Below are positions 1-9,287 of a stretch of DNA of 64,000 nt, piece after piece (the first letter of the stretch is position 1; every line of letters begins with the position of its first letter). Made by a program: the position numbers and the translations under genes. Below the pieces are notes generated by a model. The model ran no database searches. It saw nothing but the letters and a program-made list of their open reading frames with translations, and was not told the DNA's origin. Source of the DNA: a bacterium (lineage in GTDB: Bacteria; Patescibacteriota; Dojkabacteria; JAKAPS01; JAJZLI01); contig JAJZWL010000005.1 of NCBI GenBank assembly GCA_021846685.1, forward strand, positions 4,722 to 68,721, given 5' to 3'.

Positions 1-2367
1 TGCAACTGGATCACCTACTTGAGTTCCTAGTTTTGTTACTGATTGAGGGTCTATTGCTTCCACAAAAGCTCCATTAAATTGTGCATGCCCACCAATTCTT
101 GTTGTTGAAAATAATTTATATGCAGCAGAATCCTTTGGTATAATAACTTGCCCATTTTGTTGGACATTAAATACGAAAGCTTTATTCTGAGTAGCTTTAC
201 TAGCCGTAACCCAAACCTGCATCTTTCCTTGCTCGATAAGTGTTTTTGTCGCAATAACTCTAGTATTTGTCATATTTGATATATTAAAAACAACATCTCC
301 TTTTGAATTATATCCTGTGTTAGATCCCCACTGTAAGCCTAATTCATTTCCAGTATCTTTCCCTGGGGCATTATTATTGTTAAACCAATGATTTCTTTGA
401 ACAGGAGTATTTCCGGCTCTTACTGCATTATGTATAGATGTTCCTCCTGAGTTAACATAAGCAGTTGTTTGTTTGGTATATATCCCTTCTTTTTTTAAAT
501 ATTGTATAGCACTCTTTGTAAGAGTTCCATTTTTGTTTAAAGGAACTTCCCGATATTGTTTCTCATTTACTAAAATTTCGGCAAAATGCCCTTTCGGATT
601 AATACGTATAGATGCATCATGCATATAAGTAGTCTTTTTTATTTTTACTTGATTCCATTTATTTAATAGTCCTTCTAGAAAATCTTGTTTTATAACTCCA
701 TGCCTAATTGCCTCTTCATGATTCTCCATAAATTCTCTTGCTACTCCTTGAGCAATACTACCTACTGCAAGCCCTGTAATTAGATTCCAAGCCATTTGTC
801 TTGCTATTCTTCCTGTTTTTATTCCTTTAAATATTGAATCTTTTTGAGCCATATCTTCCTCAATTGACCTAACTGCTTCTCCAGTTTTATCATTGAGTAA
901 TTTTTCCATATTAAGATCTCCATCTTTATTTCCCAATACTTCATTAATATATTCTGTATTATCAGTAGATATTAATTTAGACTGAACATACTTAACATAC
1001 CAATCGAGATCTGTAAATTCTTCTTGCATACTTTCTGGAGAAGAGAATAAAAATAAATCCATGGATCTATCTGCAGAGATTAATCTTCTTGCTCTATATT
1101 CTCCGATTATATTAACCATCCTATTAAAGGATTCTGGGTCAACCTCTTTATCTTTGAATTTATCAAATAATTCTGATAATTCTGATAAAGTATCTTTTAC
1201 AGGCATTAGCTCATATGCAGTTTTTTGTATTTGCTCTCTTCTTTTTCCTTCTATAGTATTTAATCTTCCAGAAGAAACATCTCTCATATGCATTTGCCTA
1301 TCTCTTTTTATTCTTTGTTTTTCTTTTCCTGTAGCAAGTAGAGAACTGGCCACAGCTGCAGCTCCAAAAGAACCTATTGTTGCGGCTTTTGAAGAAATAA
1401 CACTAAAAGCAACTCTTCCAATAACTGAGAAAGCACTAGCTACAACAGTCTCATTTACTAATTTCCCAGCAATCTTGCGATTTTTTATATTTTCCAATAA
1501 TCTATCTGTCTTACTGTATTCAACTCTTGTGACAGATAAATCTTTTGCTATACCTAAATTAATTACTATTAAATTTCTTATCTCTTCTACTGATTTTCCG
1601 TGTTCTATTAATAATTTTATTTGATCTATGTATTTATCTATATTATCTTCAAATTTTTCAAAATTTGCATGAGTGCCTCCTTTTAAGGAAGATGTTTCAA
1701 ATAATTCTGAAATTAATTGTCTTTTCTTATCTAAATATTCATCAGAAGCGATTTCTCCTGAAGATATCTTAAGAATAAGATCTCTAAGATCATTGGCACT
1801 TTTATTTTCTTTAGCAATGACAGTCTTTTCAATATCCTTTTCAGTTTTTATACTACCTGCTTCAAATCTATCTGCTGTTTTCCCGGCTGTAACTTTAAAC
1901 CTTTCTTCTTCTAACGCTTGTTTTTTATATTTTTGATATACAGTTCCTTCAAAGTATCCATATTTCCATATTTTTTTAAAAACTCCTGAAACTCCTTTAA
2001 GTTCATTTTTATTTGCAGTAAGTTTTTCTCTGGCCATATCATGGGCTCTTCTTTTTGTTTGGTCTGAAATATCTACAACATGTATGTTAATAGGATCTTC
2101 GGTGTTTGTTCCTTTATCTTTGTCTATTGAAACTAATGCAGTATTCGTAACAGGATCGATTGGTTCTATTTGCGTGCTATTTGATTTATCTTCTTTAGGA
2201 TTTGATGCATCTTCTGTATCTAAATTAGGATTAATAGCATCAGCTATAATCTCTTCAGCAGCCCTAATTACTTTAGCAGTTTCTGTTACGAATTCTGCCT
2301 CTCTAACTATTGCATCTATTTCTGCTTCAGAGGGAGATATGTTTAAAGTGTCGGGTACTGTACTCAT
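1..2367 (-). CDS. Large hypothetical protein, partial (3' end runs off the left edge of the window). It has an internal hydrophobic segment and a Gly/Asn/Thr-rich C-terminal region.
   Basis: Manual reverse-complement translation is stop-free from the ATG at 2367..2365 down to position 1; I checked the frame at 1-120 and around 2340-2370. The listed plus-strand ORFs 1061..1624, 1673..1936 and 2084..2389 are low-complexity antisense read-throughs of this gene. It is probably absent from the ORF track because it is truncated by the window edge. Confidence 0.55.
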   Translation of the reverse strand, partial: MSTVPDTLNISPSEAEIDAIVREAEFVTETAKVIRAAEEIIADAINPNLDTEDASNPKEDKSNSTQIEPIDPVTNTALVSIDKDKGTNTEDPINIHVVDISDQTKRRAHDMAREKLTANKNELKGVSGVFKKIWKYGYFEGTVYQKYKKQALEEERFKVTAGKTADRFEAGSIKTEKDIEKTVIAKENKSANDLRDLILKISSGEIASDEYLDKKRQLISELFETSSLKGGTHANFEKFEDNIDKYIDQIKLLIEHGKSVEEIRNLIVINLGIAKDLSVTRVEYSKTDRLLENIKNRKIAGKLVNETVVASAFSVIGRVAFSVISSKAATIGSFGAAAVASSLLATGKEKQRIKRDRQMHMRDVSSGRLNTIEGKRREQIQKTAYELMPVKDTLSELSELFDKFKDKEVDPESFNRMVNIIGEYRARRLISADRSMDLFLFSSPESMQEEFTDLDWYVKYVQSKLISTDNTEYINEVLGNKDGDLNMEKLLNDKTGEAVRSIEEDMAQKDSIFKGIKTGRIARQMAWNLITGLAVGSIAQGVAREFMENHEEAIRHGVIKQDFLEGLLNKWNQVKIKKTTYMHDASIRINPKGHFAEILVNEKQYREVPLNKNGTLTKSAIQYLKKEGIYTKQTTAYVNSGGTSIHNAVRAGNTPVQRNHWFNNNNAPGKDTGNELGLQWGSNTGYNSKGDVVFNISNMTNTRVIATKTLIEQGKMQVWVTASKATQNKAFVFNVQQNGQVIIPKDSAAYKLFSTTRIGGHAQFNGAFVEAIDPQSVTKLGTQVGDPVA

Positions 2368-2672
2368 ATGCTATTACTTAAATAAATAGTTCTAAAATTA
2401 ATCAAGACGTCACTTATTATTTGATCGATGTTTGCAATATTTTGAGATATAAATTTAACAAGCTCTTCATCTGTAGCATTTGTTTCAAATAAATTTTCAA
2501 ATTCATCCAATTTATCCTCAGGAAGTCTTTTTATAACTTCAGAATTAATAGCGTCTTCTATAAGATCATATAATTCATCTTTTATTCTCTTTATATATTC
2601 AGGCTTAGAGGTATCAAAACCTTTCTCTGCTATTAACTGATCTATAAAATTCTCTAAATTTGTTGCATTCAT
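2364..2672 (-). CDS. Hypothetical acidic protein, 102 aa.
   Basis: ORF track. Its TGA stop overlaps the ATG of the downstream gene in an ATGA arrangement at 2364-2367, which suggests translational coupling. Confidence 0.5.
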   Translation of the reverse strand: MNATNLENFIDQLIAEKGFDTSKPEYIKRIKDELYDLIEDAINSEVIKRLPEDKLDEFENLFETNATDEELVKFISQNIANIDQIISDVLINFRTIYLSNSI

Positions 2673-2816
2673 ATACTCTTAATACCTAATATAATCCTAT
2701 AATGTTTAATTATAAAATACCTTATAGTTTTTGTCAAATGTACTCTTGGGAAGTAGTTGGTGTCTGTAATAAATTAAATAATCCATATTTCTATGTTTTT
2801 TGATATAATAACATAC

Positions 2817-3899
2817 ATGAAAGGTTTAATAACAGCAGGAGGAAGAGGAACTAGGCTTAGACCTATTACCCATACAAAGAATAAACACCTTATTCCTGTA
2901 GCAGGAAAACCTATTATTGTATATGCAATTGAAACTCTAAAAGAGGCAGGTATTATAGATATAGGGATAACATATAATGCAGACTTAGATACATTACAGT
3001 CTTTTCTTAAGAATGGAGAAGATTTTGGAGTAAATCTTGTGTATATTCATCAAAAAGAACCTATTGGCTTGGCTGATTGTATAAGAGTGTCTAAAGATTT
3101 TTTAAAGGATGATAGCTTTGTCTTTTTTCTAGGAGACAATCTTCTGGCAGGTGGAATATTAAAATATAAAAAAATATTTGAAGAAAAAAAACCTCAAAGT
3201 CTGCTTCTTCTCTCGAAAGTTCAGGATCCACAAAGATTTGGAGTCCCTGAATTTGATAAAGCTGGGAAAATAGTTAAAATAGAAGAAAAACCAGAATCTC
3301 CAAAGTCTGATTTTGCTATAACTGGAATATATTTTTATGACAGTACTATCTTTAAAGCTTTTGAAGGAAAGAACCATATTGTTCCATCTGAAAGGGGAGA
3401 ACTAGAGATATCCGATGTACATCAATATTTAATTGATCACGGATATACTGTTTTAGGAGAGAATATTACAGGTTGGTGGAAAGATACAGGAAAACCAAAT
3501 GATCTTTTATTTGCAAATAGATTGATTTTAGAAAAACATACTGAATATTCTATATCTGAAAGTGCTTTTATAGATGATTTATCTTCAATTTCAGGAAATA
3601 TAAGTGTGGGGGATAATTCTAAAATTATTAACTCTATTATAAGAGGTCCTGTATATATAGGGAACAATACTATTATTGAAAATAGTTATATTGGGCCATT
3701 CACATCAATTGGAAACAATAATAGTCTGGTTCTATCTGAGATAGAACATTCACTTCTATTAGATAATATAAGCATATTTAACATTCAACAAAGGATAGAT
3801 GAAAGTATAATAGGGGATAACGTTATTATCTCAAAAAAAGAATCTAAACCTGCAGTATATAATCTTTATTTAGGGGATCATTCCATAATAAAAATCTAG
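2817..3899 (+). CDS. Sugar-1-phosphate nucleotidyltransferase, RmlA/GlmU-like, with a C-terminal left-handed beta-helix (hexapeptide repeat) domain.
   Basis: N-terminal G-x-G-T-R-L signature in LITAGGRGTRLRPIT. C-terminal I/V/L-G-x-x-x-x hexapeptide repeats (ISVGDNSKIINSIIRGPVYIGNNTIIENSYIGPF). The track start at 2793 adds 8 residues; the ATG at 2817 (MKGLITAGG) is more plausible. Confidence 0.8.
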   Translation: MKGLITAGGRGTRLRPITHTKNKHLIPVAGKPIIVYAIETLKEAGIIDIGITYNADLDTLQSFLKNGEDFGVNLVYIHQKEPIGLADCIRVSKDFLKDDSFVFFLGDNLLAGGILKYKKIFEEKKPQSLLLLSKVQDPQRFGVPEFDKAGKIVKIEEKPESPKSDFAITGIYFYDSTIFKAFEGKNHIVPSERGELEISDVHQYLIDHGYTVLGENITGWWKDTGKPNDLLFANRLILEKHTEYSISESAFIDDLSSISGNISVGDNSKIINSIIRGPVYIGNNTIIENSYIGPFTSIGNNNSLVLSEIEHSLLLDNISIFNIQQRIDESIIGDNVIISKKESKPAVYNLYLGDHSIIKI

Positions 3900-3958
3900 T
3901 TATTTTTATAAATATTATTGATGCAATCCCAGAGCTATATTGCAATCGCTAAATTAAG

Positions 3959-4005
3959 TCAAATTCTTCGGGTTGACCCGACAAATTAGATCAAATTCTT
4001 CGGGT
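3959..4005 (+). repeat. Two copies of a 15-bp direct repeat (tcaaattcttcgggt), with nearby short palindromes, between convergent genes.
   Basis: Direct repeats at 3959-3973 and 3991-4005. Nearby are TGCAAT..ATTGCA (3922-3946) and CGGGT-TG-ACCCG palindromes. Confidence 0.5.
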
Positions 4006-4027
4006 GGGATATTTTGTAAATCAGTTT

Positions 4028-4549
4028 TTAGCTACATGCAGCTATCGAAGTTGCTGTTATTTGAGATTGAGGAGAATTAAAACAATATGAATTCGTTAGT
4101 GCCCATTTATTATTTATATTTTTAAGATCATATTCTGTTGCATTTGTACCATTTGAATTAGTGACTTTTATTATTGAAATAGTAGGCAATTCTGTAATTA
4201 TAGAATATACAGGATTTATAAATGTTCCTTTTATTCTAGTTATTGGATTTAAAACTCCTTTGTTCTTAATATATTTTTCTGCTGTCTTTCTAAAACTAGA
4301 AGATAGAGGACATACTGAATTGGATATACATGTGTTGTAATTAGTTATTATGTATTTCATTACTGTAAGGGGAGACTGATTAGGAAAACTTACATTTTTA
4401 GGTATTTTAATCTGAGCATGTGTTTTAGATGATACAGCATTATTATGCGTCACAGTATTTTTATATTGATTATCTTTATATAAGAATACAAAAAGCAAAA
4501 CTATGATTACTACAAGTAATATTATTATTATATCTTTTTTGTCTTTCAT
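4028..4549 (-). CDS. Membrane-anchored hypothetical protein with an N-terminal TM helix.
   Basis: ORF track. The N-terminus IIIILLVVIIVLLFVFLY is hydrophobic. It lies 3 bp downstream of the S8 peptidase gene on the same strand. Confidence 0.45.
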   Translation of the reverse strand: MKDKKDIIIILLVVIIVLLFVFLYKDNQYKNTVTHNNAVSSKTHAQIKIPKNVSFPNQSPLTVMKYIITNYNTCISNSVCPLSSSFRKTAEKYIKNKGVLNPITRIKGTFINPVYSIITELPTISIIKVTNSNGTNATEYDLKNINNKWALTNSYCFNSPQSQITATSIAACS

Positions 4550-4551
4550 TA

Positions 4552-6687
4552 TTAATTCCCTGTTATTGATTGGGCTGAAGTTCCAAAAATACTTCCTTGA
4601 TATTGAGCATTTCCAAATGTATAAACTGCTCCATCTTGCTCTAGTATATAATACCCCGAATTATTAGAAGTAAGCAATAGTGATTTTGGCACATTAGAAG
4701 GTACTGAGCTTTTAGGAATGTTATACATAGATCCAGAAAACTGAGCATTCCCAAATGTATATACAGCTCCGTCTGCTGTAAGTAAATAATAACCTTGATT
4801 ATTCGGAGTTATTTGAAAGTCCACAGCTGTTTTTACAGGAGCGTTTGGAATATTATATACTGATCCAAAAAACTGAGCATTACCAAATGTATAAATAGCT
4901 CCATTTTGAGTTACTATGTAATAACCTCCTCCATTTGTTGTTATTGCAAGAGCTACAGGGGTTCTATTTGGAATCGCAGAAGAAGGAATGTTGTATAACG
5001 ATCCTGAAAATTTAGCATCTCCAAATGTATATATACCCCCGTCTGCAGTTAAAATATAATAACCTTTGTTATCAGGAGTAAGTACCATAGCTATGGCAGT
5101 TTTGACTGGGGGATTAGGGATATTATACATAGATCCAAAAAACTGAGCATTCCCAAATGTATATACAGATCCTGAAGAAGTTAAAATGTAATACCCTTGG
5201 TTGTTTGCAGTGTTTACTATATCTGTAACATGTCCATAATTTTGATTTATGGTATTTACTCCTCCGTAATTATTAAAATTACCCTCTGTAAACACTGTTC
5301 CATTTGAAGAGAGAATATTATATGCTTGTGCAGTTTGATTAAATGTAGTTGTTGAAAGGGCTTCAGAAGGAGATATATTTAACATGCTATTTATATTCAA
5401 TAATCCATATCCAAAATCTGTTGCACTTCCTATATTTGTGGAACTTTTCTCTAAAGCTTTATTTATGACATTTAAAGATTGTACTCCATACTTTGAATCA
5501 TATAGAGCTATGGCAGCAGTTACTTGTGGTGCCGAAAAAGATGTCCCTGCTGCATATTGATTAGAGATACTAGTGAAACTAGATACCGTTCCAGACCCAA
5601 ATCCTGTATAACTTTGTTGGTACACTAAAGGATTATTGTAGCCAACTGGAGCTACTAATGTTTGACAATTATTGTCAGAACTACATCCGTAATTTGAATA
5701 TGTAGTAAGGCTGTTTGTTGAATTTGTAGCCCCCACTGCTATAACTCCAGGATATCCTGCAGGATAGTCTAGGGTGGAAGTCCCATTATTACCAGATGAG
5801 GCTACTACTGCAATTCCATCAGAAATAGCTTGTTCAATTAGATTTTGCTCTTGTGAACTTGGAGTAGAACCTCCTATACTGAGATTAATAACATTAGCTC
5901 CATTGTTAATAGCCCATTGTATTCCCAAAAGTTCTGCTCCAAGAGGGATGCCATTAGAATTACCTATTTTAATAGGCATAATGCTTGTGTTAAATGCAAT
6001 TCCTGCAACTCCATATTTTTGAGATCCACTAGAGTCATTATTAGTACTAGAATTTATAACACTTGTAACAAAAGTTCCATGTCCCATACTGTCATAAGGA
6101 GAATATTCATTTACTGTCTGGTTATTATATACAGCCAGAGCATTATATGGATCTACTATATTAAGGTTAGATAATGCAGGAGCTTGAGCGTAAGTAGTTC
6201 CTGTCAAAGAATTTGTATAACTTTGATATTCTACTCCAGAATCTAGTACAGCTACTTTTATATTACTACTTCCTCCTAAAGATGCTGTAAATCCAGAATT
6301 ATCAACAACAGGAGCTTTAATATCAAATAGATTTTTTTGTAAATTTATATCTGTGTTATTAGGTAGAGAAGAGAAGTGCCTTACATAGTCAGGAGATACA
6401 TTCTTAACACTACTATTAGCAAGCAACTTTGTCATAAATATTTTATAAGTTTCTCCTTTAGGTTTTTTTACTATCTTTATATTATTGTTAACACTTACTA
6501 TATTAGAATTACCTAAATTAGAATTAGTTGTATCAACTATGGCAGAATTGGTAGAGTAACTTTTATTATAAGTAAGAGAGTTATATTCGGAATTTATATT
6601 ATTAGTTTTTATGACAGATGCATATATCTTGCCTACAGAGACTATAGATATTAGTAATATTATATTGAATAATAAGAATTTCTTCAT
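4552..6687 (-). CDS. Secreted subtilisin-like serine peptidase (S8) with six C-terminal ~42-aa repeats.
   Basis: N-terminal signal peptide. Catalytic triad motifs are present: D in VAVLDSGVEY, H in HGTFVTS, S in GTSFSAPQV. The C-terminal third is six tandem repeats of the form N-x-GYYILT-x-DG-x-VYTFG-x-AQF-x-GS-x-YNIP. Confidence 0.85.
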   Translation of the reverse strand: MKKFLLFNIILLISIVSVGKIYASVIKTNNINSEYNSLTYNKSYSTNSAIVDTTNSNLGNSNIVSVNNNIKIVKKPKGETYKIFMTKLLANSSVKNVSPDYVRHFSSLPNNTDINLQKNLFDIKAPVVDNSGFTASLGGSSNIKVAVLDSGVEYQSYTNSLTGTTYAQAPALSNLNIVDPYNALAVYNNQTVNEYSPYDSMGHGTFVTSVINSSTNNDSSGSQKYGVAGIAFNTSIMPIKIGNSNGIPLGAELLGIQWAINNGANVINLSIGGSTPSSQEQNLIEQAISDGIAVVASSGNNGTSTLDYPAGYPGVIAVGATNSTNSLTTYSNYGCSSDNNCQTLVAPVGYNNPLVYQQSYTGFGSGTVSSFTSISNQYAAGTSFSAPQVTAAIALYDSKYGVQSLNVINKALEKSSTNIGSATDFGYGLLNINSMLNISPSEALSTTTFNQTAQAYNILSSNGTVFTEGNFNNYGGVNTINQNYGHVTDIVNTANNQGYYILTSSGSVYTFGNAQFFGSMYNIPNPPVKTAIAMVLTPDNKGYYILTADGGIYTFGDAKFSGSLYNIPSSAIPNRTPVALAITTNGGGYYIVTQNGAIYTFGNAQFFGSVYNIPNAPVKTAVDFQITPNNQGYYLLTADGAVYTFGNAQFSGSMYNIPKSSVPSNVPKSLLLTSNNSGYYILEQDGAVYTFGNAQYQGSIFGTSAQSITGN

Positions 6688-6700
6688 AATGAAGTCTCGC

Positions 6701-8809
6701 TTAAGGAGCTAATGTTGCTCCTATGGTTTTATTAAATATTCCAATTGCAGTTCCATCATATACTGCATTTCCAAATGTATATATTCCTCCATCTGCTGTA
6801 GTAAGATAATAACCTTGGTTATTTGCTGTGACAGCGAAAGATACGGGTCTTGTATTTGGAGCTCCTTTTATATTATACATAGATCCGAAAAATTGAGCAT
6901 CTCCAAAAGTGTAAACTGCACCATCTTGAGTTGTTATATAATATCCATTTCCACTAGGGGTTAATGTGAAATTAACTGCATTTTTATTAGGAGCTGCAGG
7001 AATATTATATACTGATCCATGGAATTGAGCATTTCCAAATGTATAAACTGCACCATTTGCTGTCATTATGTAGTATCCTCCACCATTAGGAGTTACAGCA
7101 AATGCTAAAGGAGTTCTGTTTGGCATTGCAGAAGAAGGGATGTTATATAGTGATCCATGAAATTGAGCAGATCCAAATGTGTAAACACCTCCATCTGCCG
7201 TAAGTACATAGTACCCATTTCCATGTGGAGTAGTAGCAATTGCTACAGGAGTTCTTACTGGAGCATTCGGTATGTTATATACACTCCCGAAAAATTTAGC
7301 AGTACCAAATGTATATATCCCACTATCTTGAGTTAGTATGTAATAACCTGTATCACTTGGAAGTACTGCAAGCCCTACTGCATTATTATTTGGAGCACCA
7401 TTCATATATGACATATCTCCATAATAATTAGCATTTCCTAATGGTAATATTTTTCCATGAGAAGAAAGAATATAGTATGCACTATTATTTTTTGAAAAAA
7501 GAGAACTGCTAGTAAAATAACTATTTATAGCACTTGTAAGATTAGTTGATGGTTGTTCATATCCTAATGTCCAAATACTTACTCCTCTCAAATTTGAATT
7601 AAGTACTTGTGAATATACTAAACCTAAAGATGTAGCATTAGAATAATATCCCTCTCTTAATTGATCTCCAGATGCACAATTTGGAGGAGTATTATTTGAA
7701 GTGTAACAATATCCATACCATGGAGTTGAGCTCTGAGAATCCCAATGCTTTGTGTTTTGGTTCTTATATTTATCATTTGTTTGTCCATAAGGCTCATTTA
7801 TTCCAGTTCCTGAAACAGTAGGTGCATTTTGATTATCATTTGTAGTTTGATAATCGTTTCCATAGTAAGGAACTCCTAATATAATTTTATTAGGATTAAT
7901 TGCTGCTGCATAATCAAGGATAGTTCTTCTAACGTCATACCATAAAGGTCCTGCTCCATTATTATATCCAGTAAAAGGATTTACTGGCTCTGCTATTGAG
8001 GAAGAAGGAGTATAGTAATCATAAGCCATAACGTTTATAGCATCTGCTGCATTAGCAAGTGCTGGGGCATTATATAAAGATCCAGGCCAACGTACGGCTG
8101 ACGCCATAACATCTACTGATATGAAAGATCCTGGTATTGCTTGGTGCATTTGAGTAGTAAGATTGGATACAAGAGTTGTAAAATTATTAATAGTTGTGGT
8201 ATCTGGGGTTCCTTGAGAAGGTTGGTATTCAAAATCAATATTTACTCCTTGTAGGTTATATTTTTTTGTAATCGAAATTATATTATTAATAAAGTTTTGT
8301 GTATTTGTAGTACTATTTACAACACTTTGAATATCTGTCAAATTAAATATTTTAGCTGTAATAACAACTCTTACATTATTATTGTGAGCAGTATTTACCA
8401 TATTTACAAAAGCTGAGGATTGCAATCCTGTATATCCATTTCCACCTCCTGCATTTGTTCCAAAATTACCATTTCCATCTGATGTAATCCCAAAATAGTC
8501 AATAGTAGTTAAATTTTTATATGGATAATTTAAATATGCATTTGAAGTAAGATCCCAATATGGAGCAAACCCCATTACCTCTTTTTGTAATCCTTGAGGA
8601 CCATAACTTGCAAATGTCTTGTATGGATTAGGTTTAGTTGTTGCTTTTACAAAGGAGTAAGTTTTATTTGAATGTAAAGCGTTTAAATAACTATTTCCTT
8701 CATATGACCAAGATGGCGGTGTACTTGCTGCAAATATTTTTCCTGCTGTTAAAAAAAATATTACAAATAAAACAGGCAGAAGTATCTTAGTATTAATTTT
8801 TATAGTCAT
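6701..8809 (-). CDS. Secreted GH18-like glycoside hydrolase (chitinase or peptidoglycan hydrolase type) carrying the same six C-terminal repeats.
   Basis: Signal peptide. GH18-type motifs are present: VMGFAPYWD, LTTIDYFGI, the catalytic-like LQGVNIDFEY (the DxDxE region) and AINVMAYDY. The C-terminus has six copies of the GYY-x-LT-x-DGG-x-YTFG-x-AQF-x-GS-x-YNIP repeat shared with the adjacent S8 peptidase. Confidence 0.75.
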   Translation of the reverse strand: MTIKINTKILLPVLFVIFFLTAGKIFAASTPPSWSYEGNSYLNALHSNKTYSFVKATTKPNPYKTFASYGPQGLQKEVMGFAPYWDLTSNAYLNYPYKNLTTIDYFGITSDGNGNFGTNAGGGNGYTGLQSSAFVNMVNTAHNNNVRVVITAKIFNLTDIQSVVNSTTNTQNFINNIISITKKYNLQGVNIDFEYQPSQGTPDTTTINNFTTLVSNLTTQMHQAIPGSFISVDVMASAVRWPGSLYNAPALANAADAINVMAYDYYTPSSSIAEPVNPFTGYNNGAGPLWYDVRRTILDYAAAINPNKIILGVPYYGNDYQTTNDNQNAPTVSGTGINEPYGQTNDKYKNQNTKHWDSQSSTPWYGYCYTSNNTPPNCASGDQLREGYYSNATSLGLVYSQVLNSNLRGVSIWTLGYEQPSTNLTSAINSYFTSSSLFSKNNSAYYILSSHGKILPLGNANYYGDMSYMNGAPNNNAVGLAVLPSDTGYYILTQDSGIYTFGTAKFFGSVYNIPNAPVRTPVAIATTPHGNGYYVLTADGGVYTFGSAQFHGSLYNIPSSAMPNRTPLAFAVTPNGGGYYIMTANGAVYTFGNAQFHGSVYNIPAAPNKNAVNFTLTPSGNGYYITTQDGAVYTFGDAQFFGSMYNIKGAPNTRPVSFAVTANNQGYYLTTADGGIYTFGNAVYDGTAIGIFNKTIGATLAP

Positions 8810-9287
8810 AAGAGTATTTAATATATAAATTTCTTACTTACAATCTAACACAATATATATATACACACAATAGGGTAGGAAAGTTTCATATTATTTTTCT
8901 TAAGGGAATTTTTTACAAGCTTTTCAAAGTAATTTTTAATCTCTCTATGGTTTTAGAAATAAGATTCCATAATGTTGTATACTTATCTCATTATATAGAT
9001 TTATTTGTATAACTCGAATATCCAAACTTAAATAAAGATAGATATGTTAATTATAATAATATACTCTTGAATTACTATATTATAATTTCACTATAGACAT
9101 AAAAATAAGAAATTTTTCTTCCTTTTTTTTGTTGTATATATTGCATATGAATTCTTCTACATATAAATAATCGCTTTTTTCTTTTTTATAAAAAATCGAT
9201 CTTGTAAAGAATTGACTTATTCTTTTTCTGTTATTGAATTTATCTCAAAATCGAATGTATATTGAGTGACTATATTTTGCTTTATCT

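Noticed and set aside
51-2389. Track ORFs 51..254(-), 1061..1624(+), 1673..1936(+) and 2084..2389(+).
   Set aside because: These are low-complexity, out-of-frame or antisense read-throughs of the large minus-strand gene at 1..2367, not independent genes.
1-2400. Suspected alternative genetic code (UGA recoding, as in Gracilibacteria/SR1), because no long ORF was listed on either strand for the first 2.3 kb.
   Set aside because: Manual translation shows a continuous standard-code minus-strand ORF that simply runs off the window edge. Many other genes terminate with TGA, for example the 2364..2672 gene and the ATPase at 40463. GroEL and the other genes read normally.
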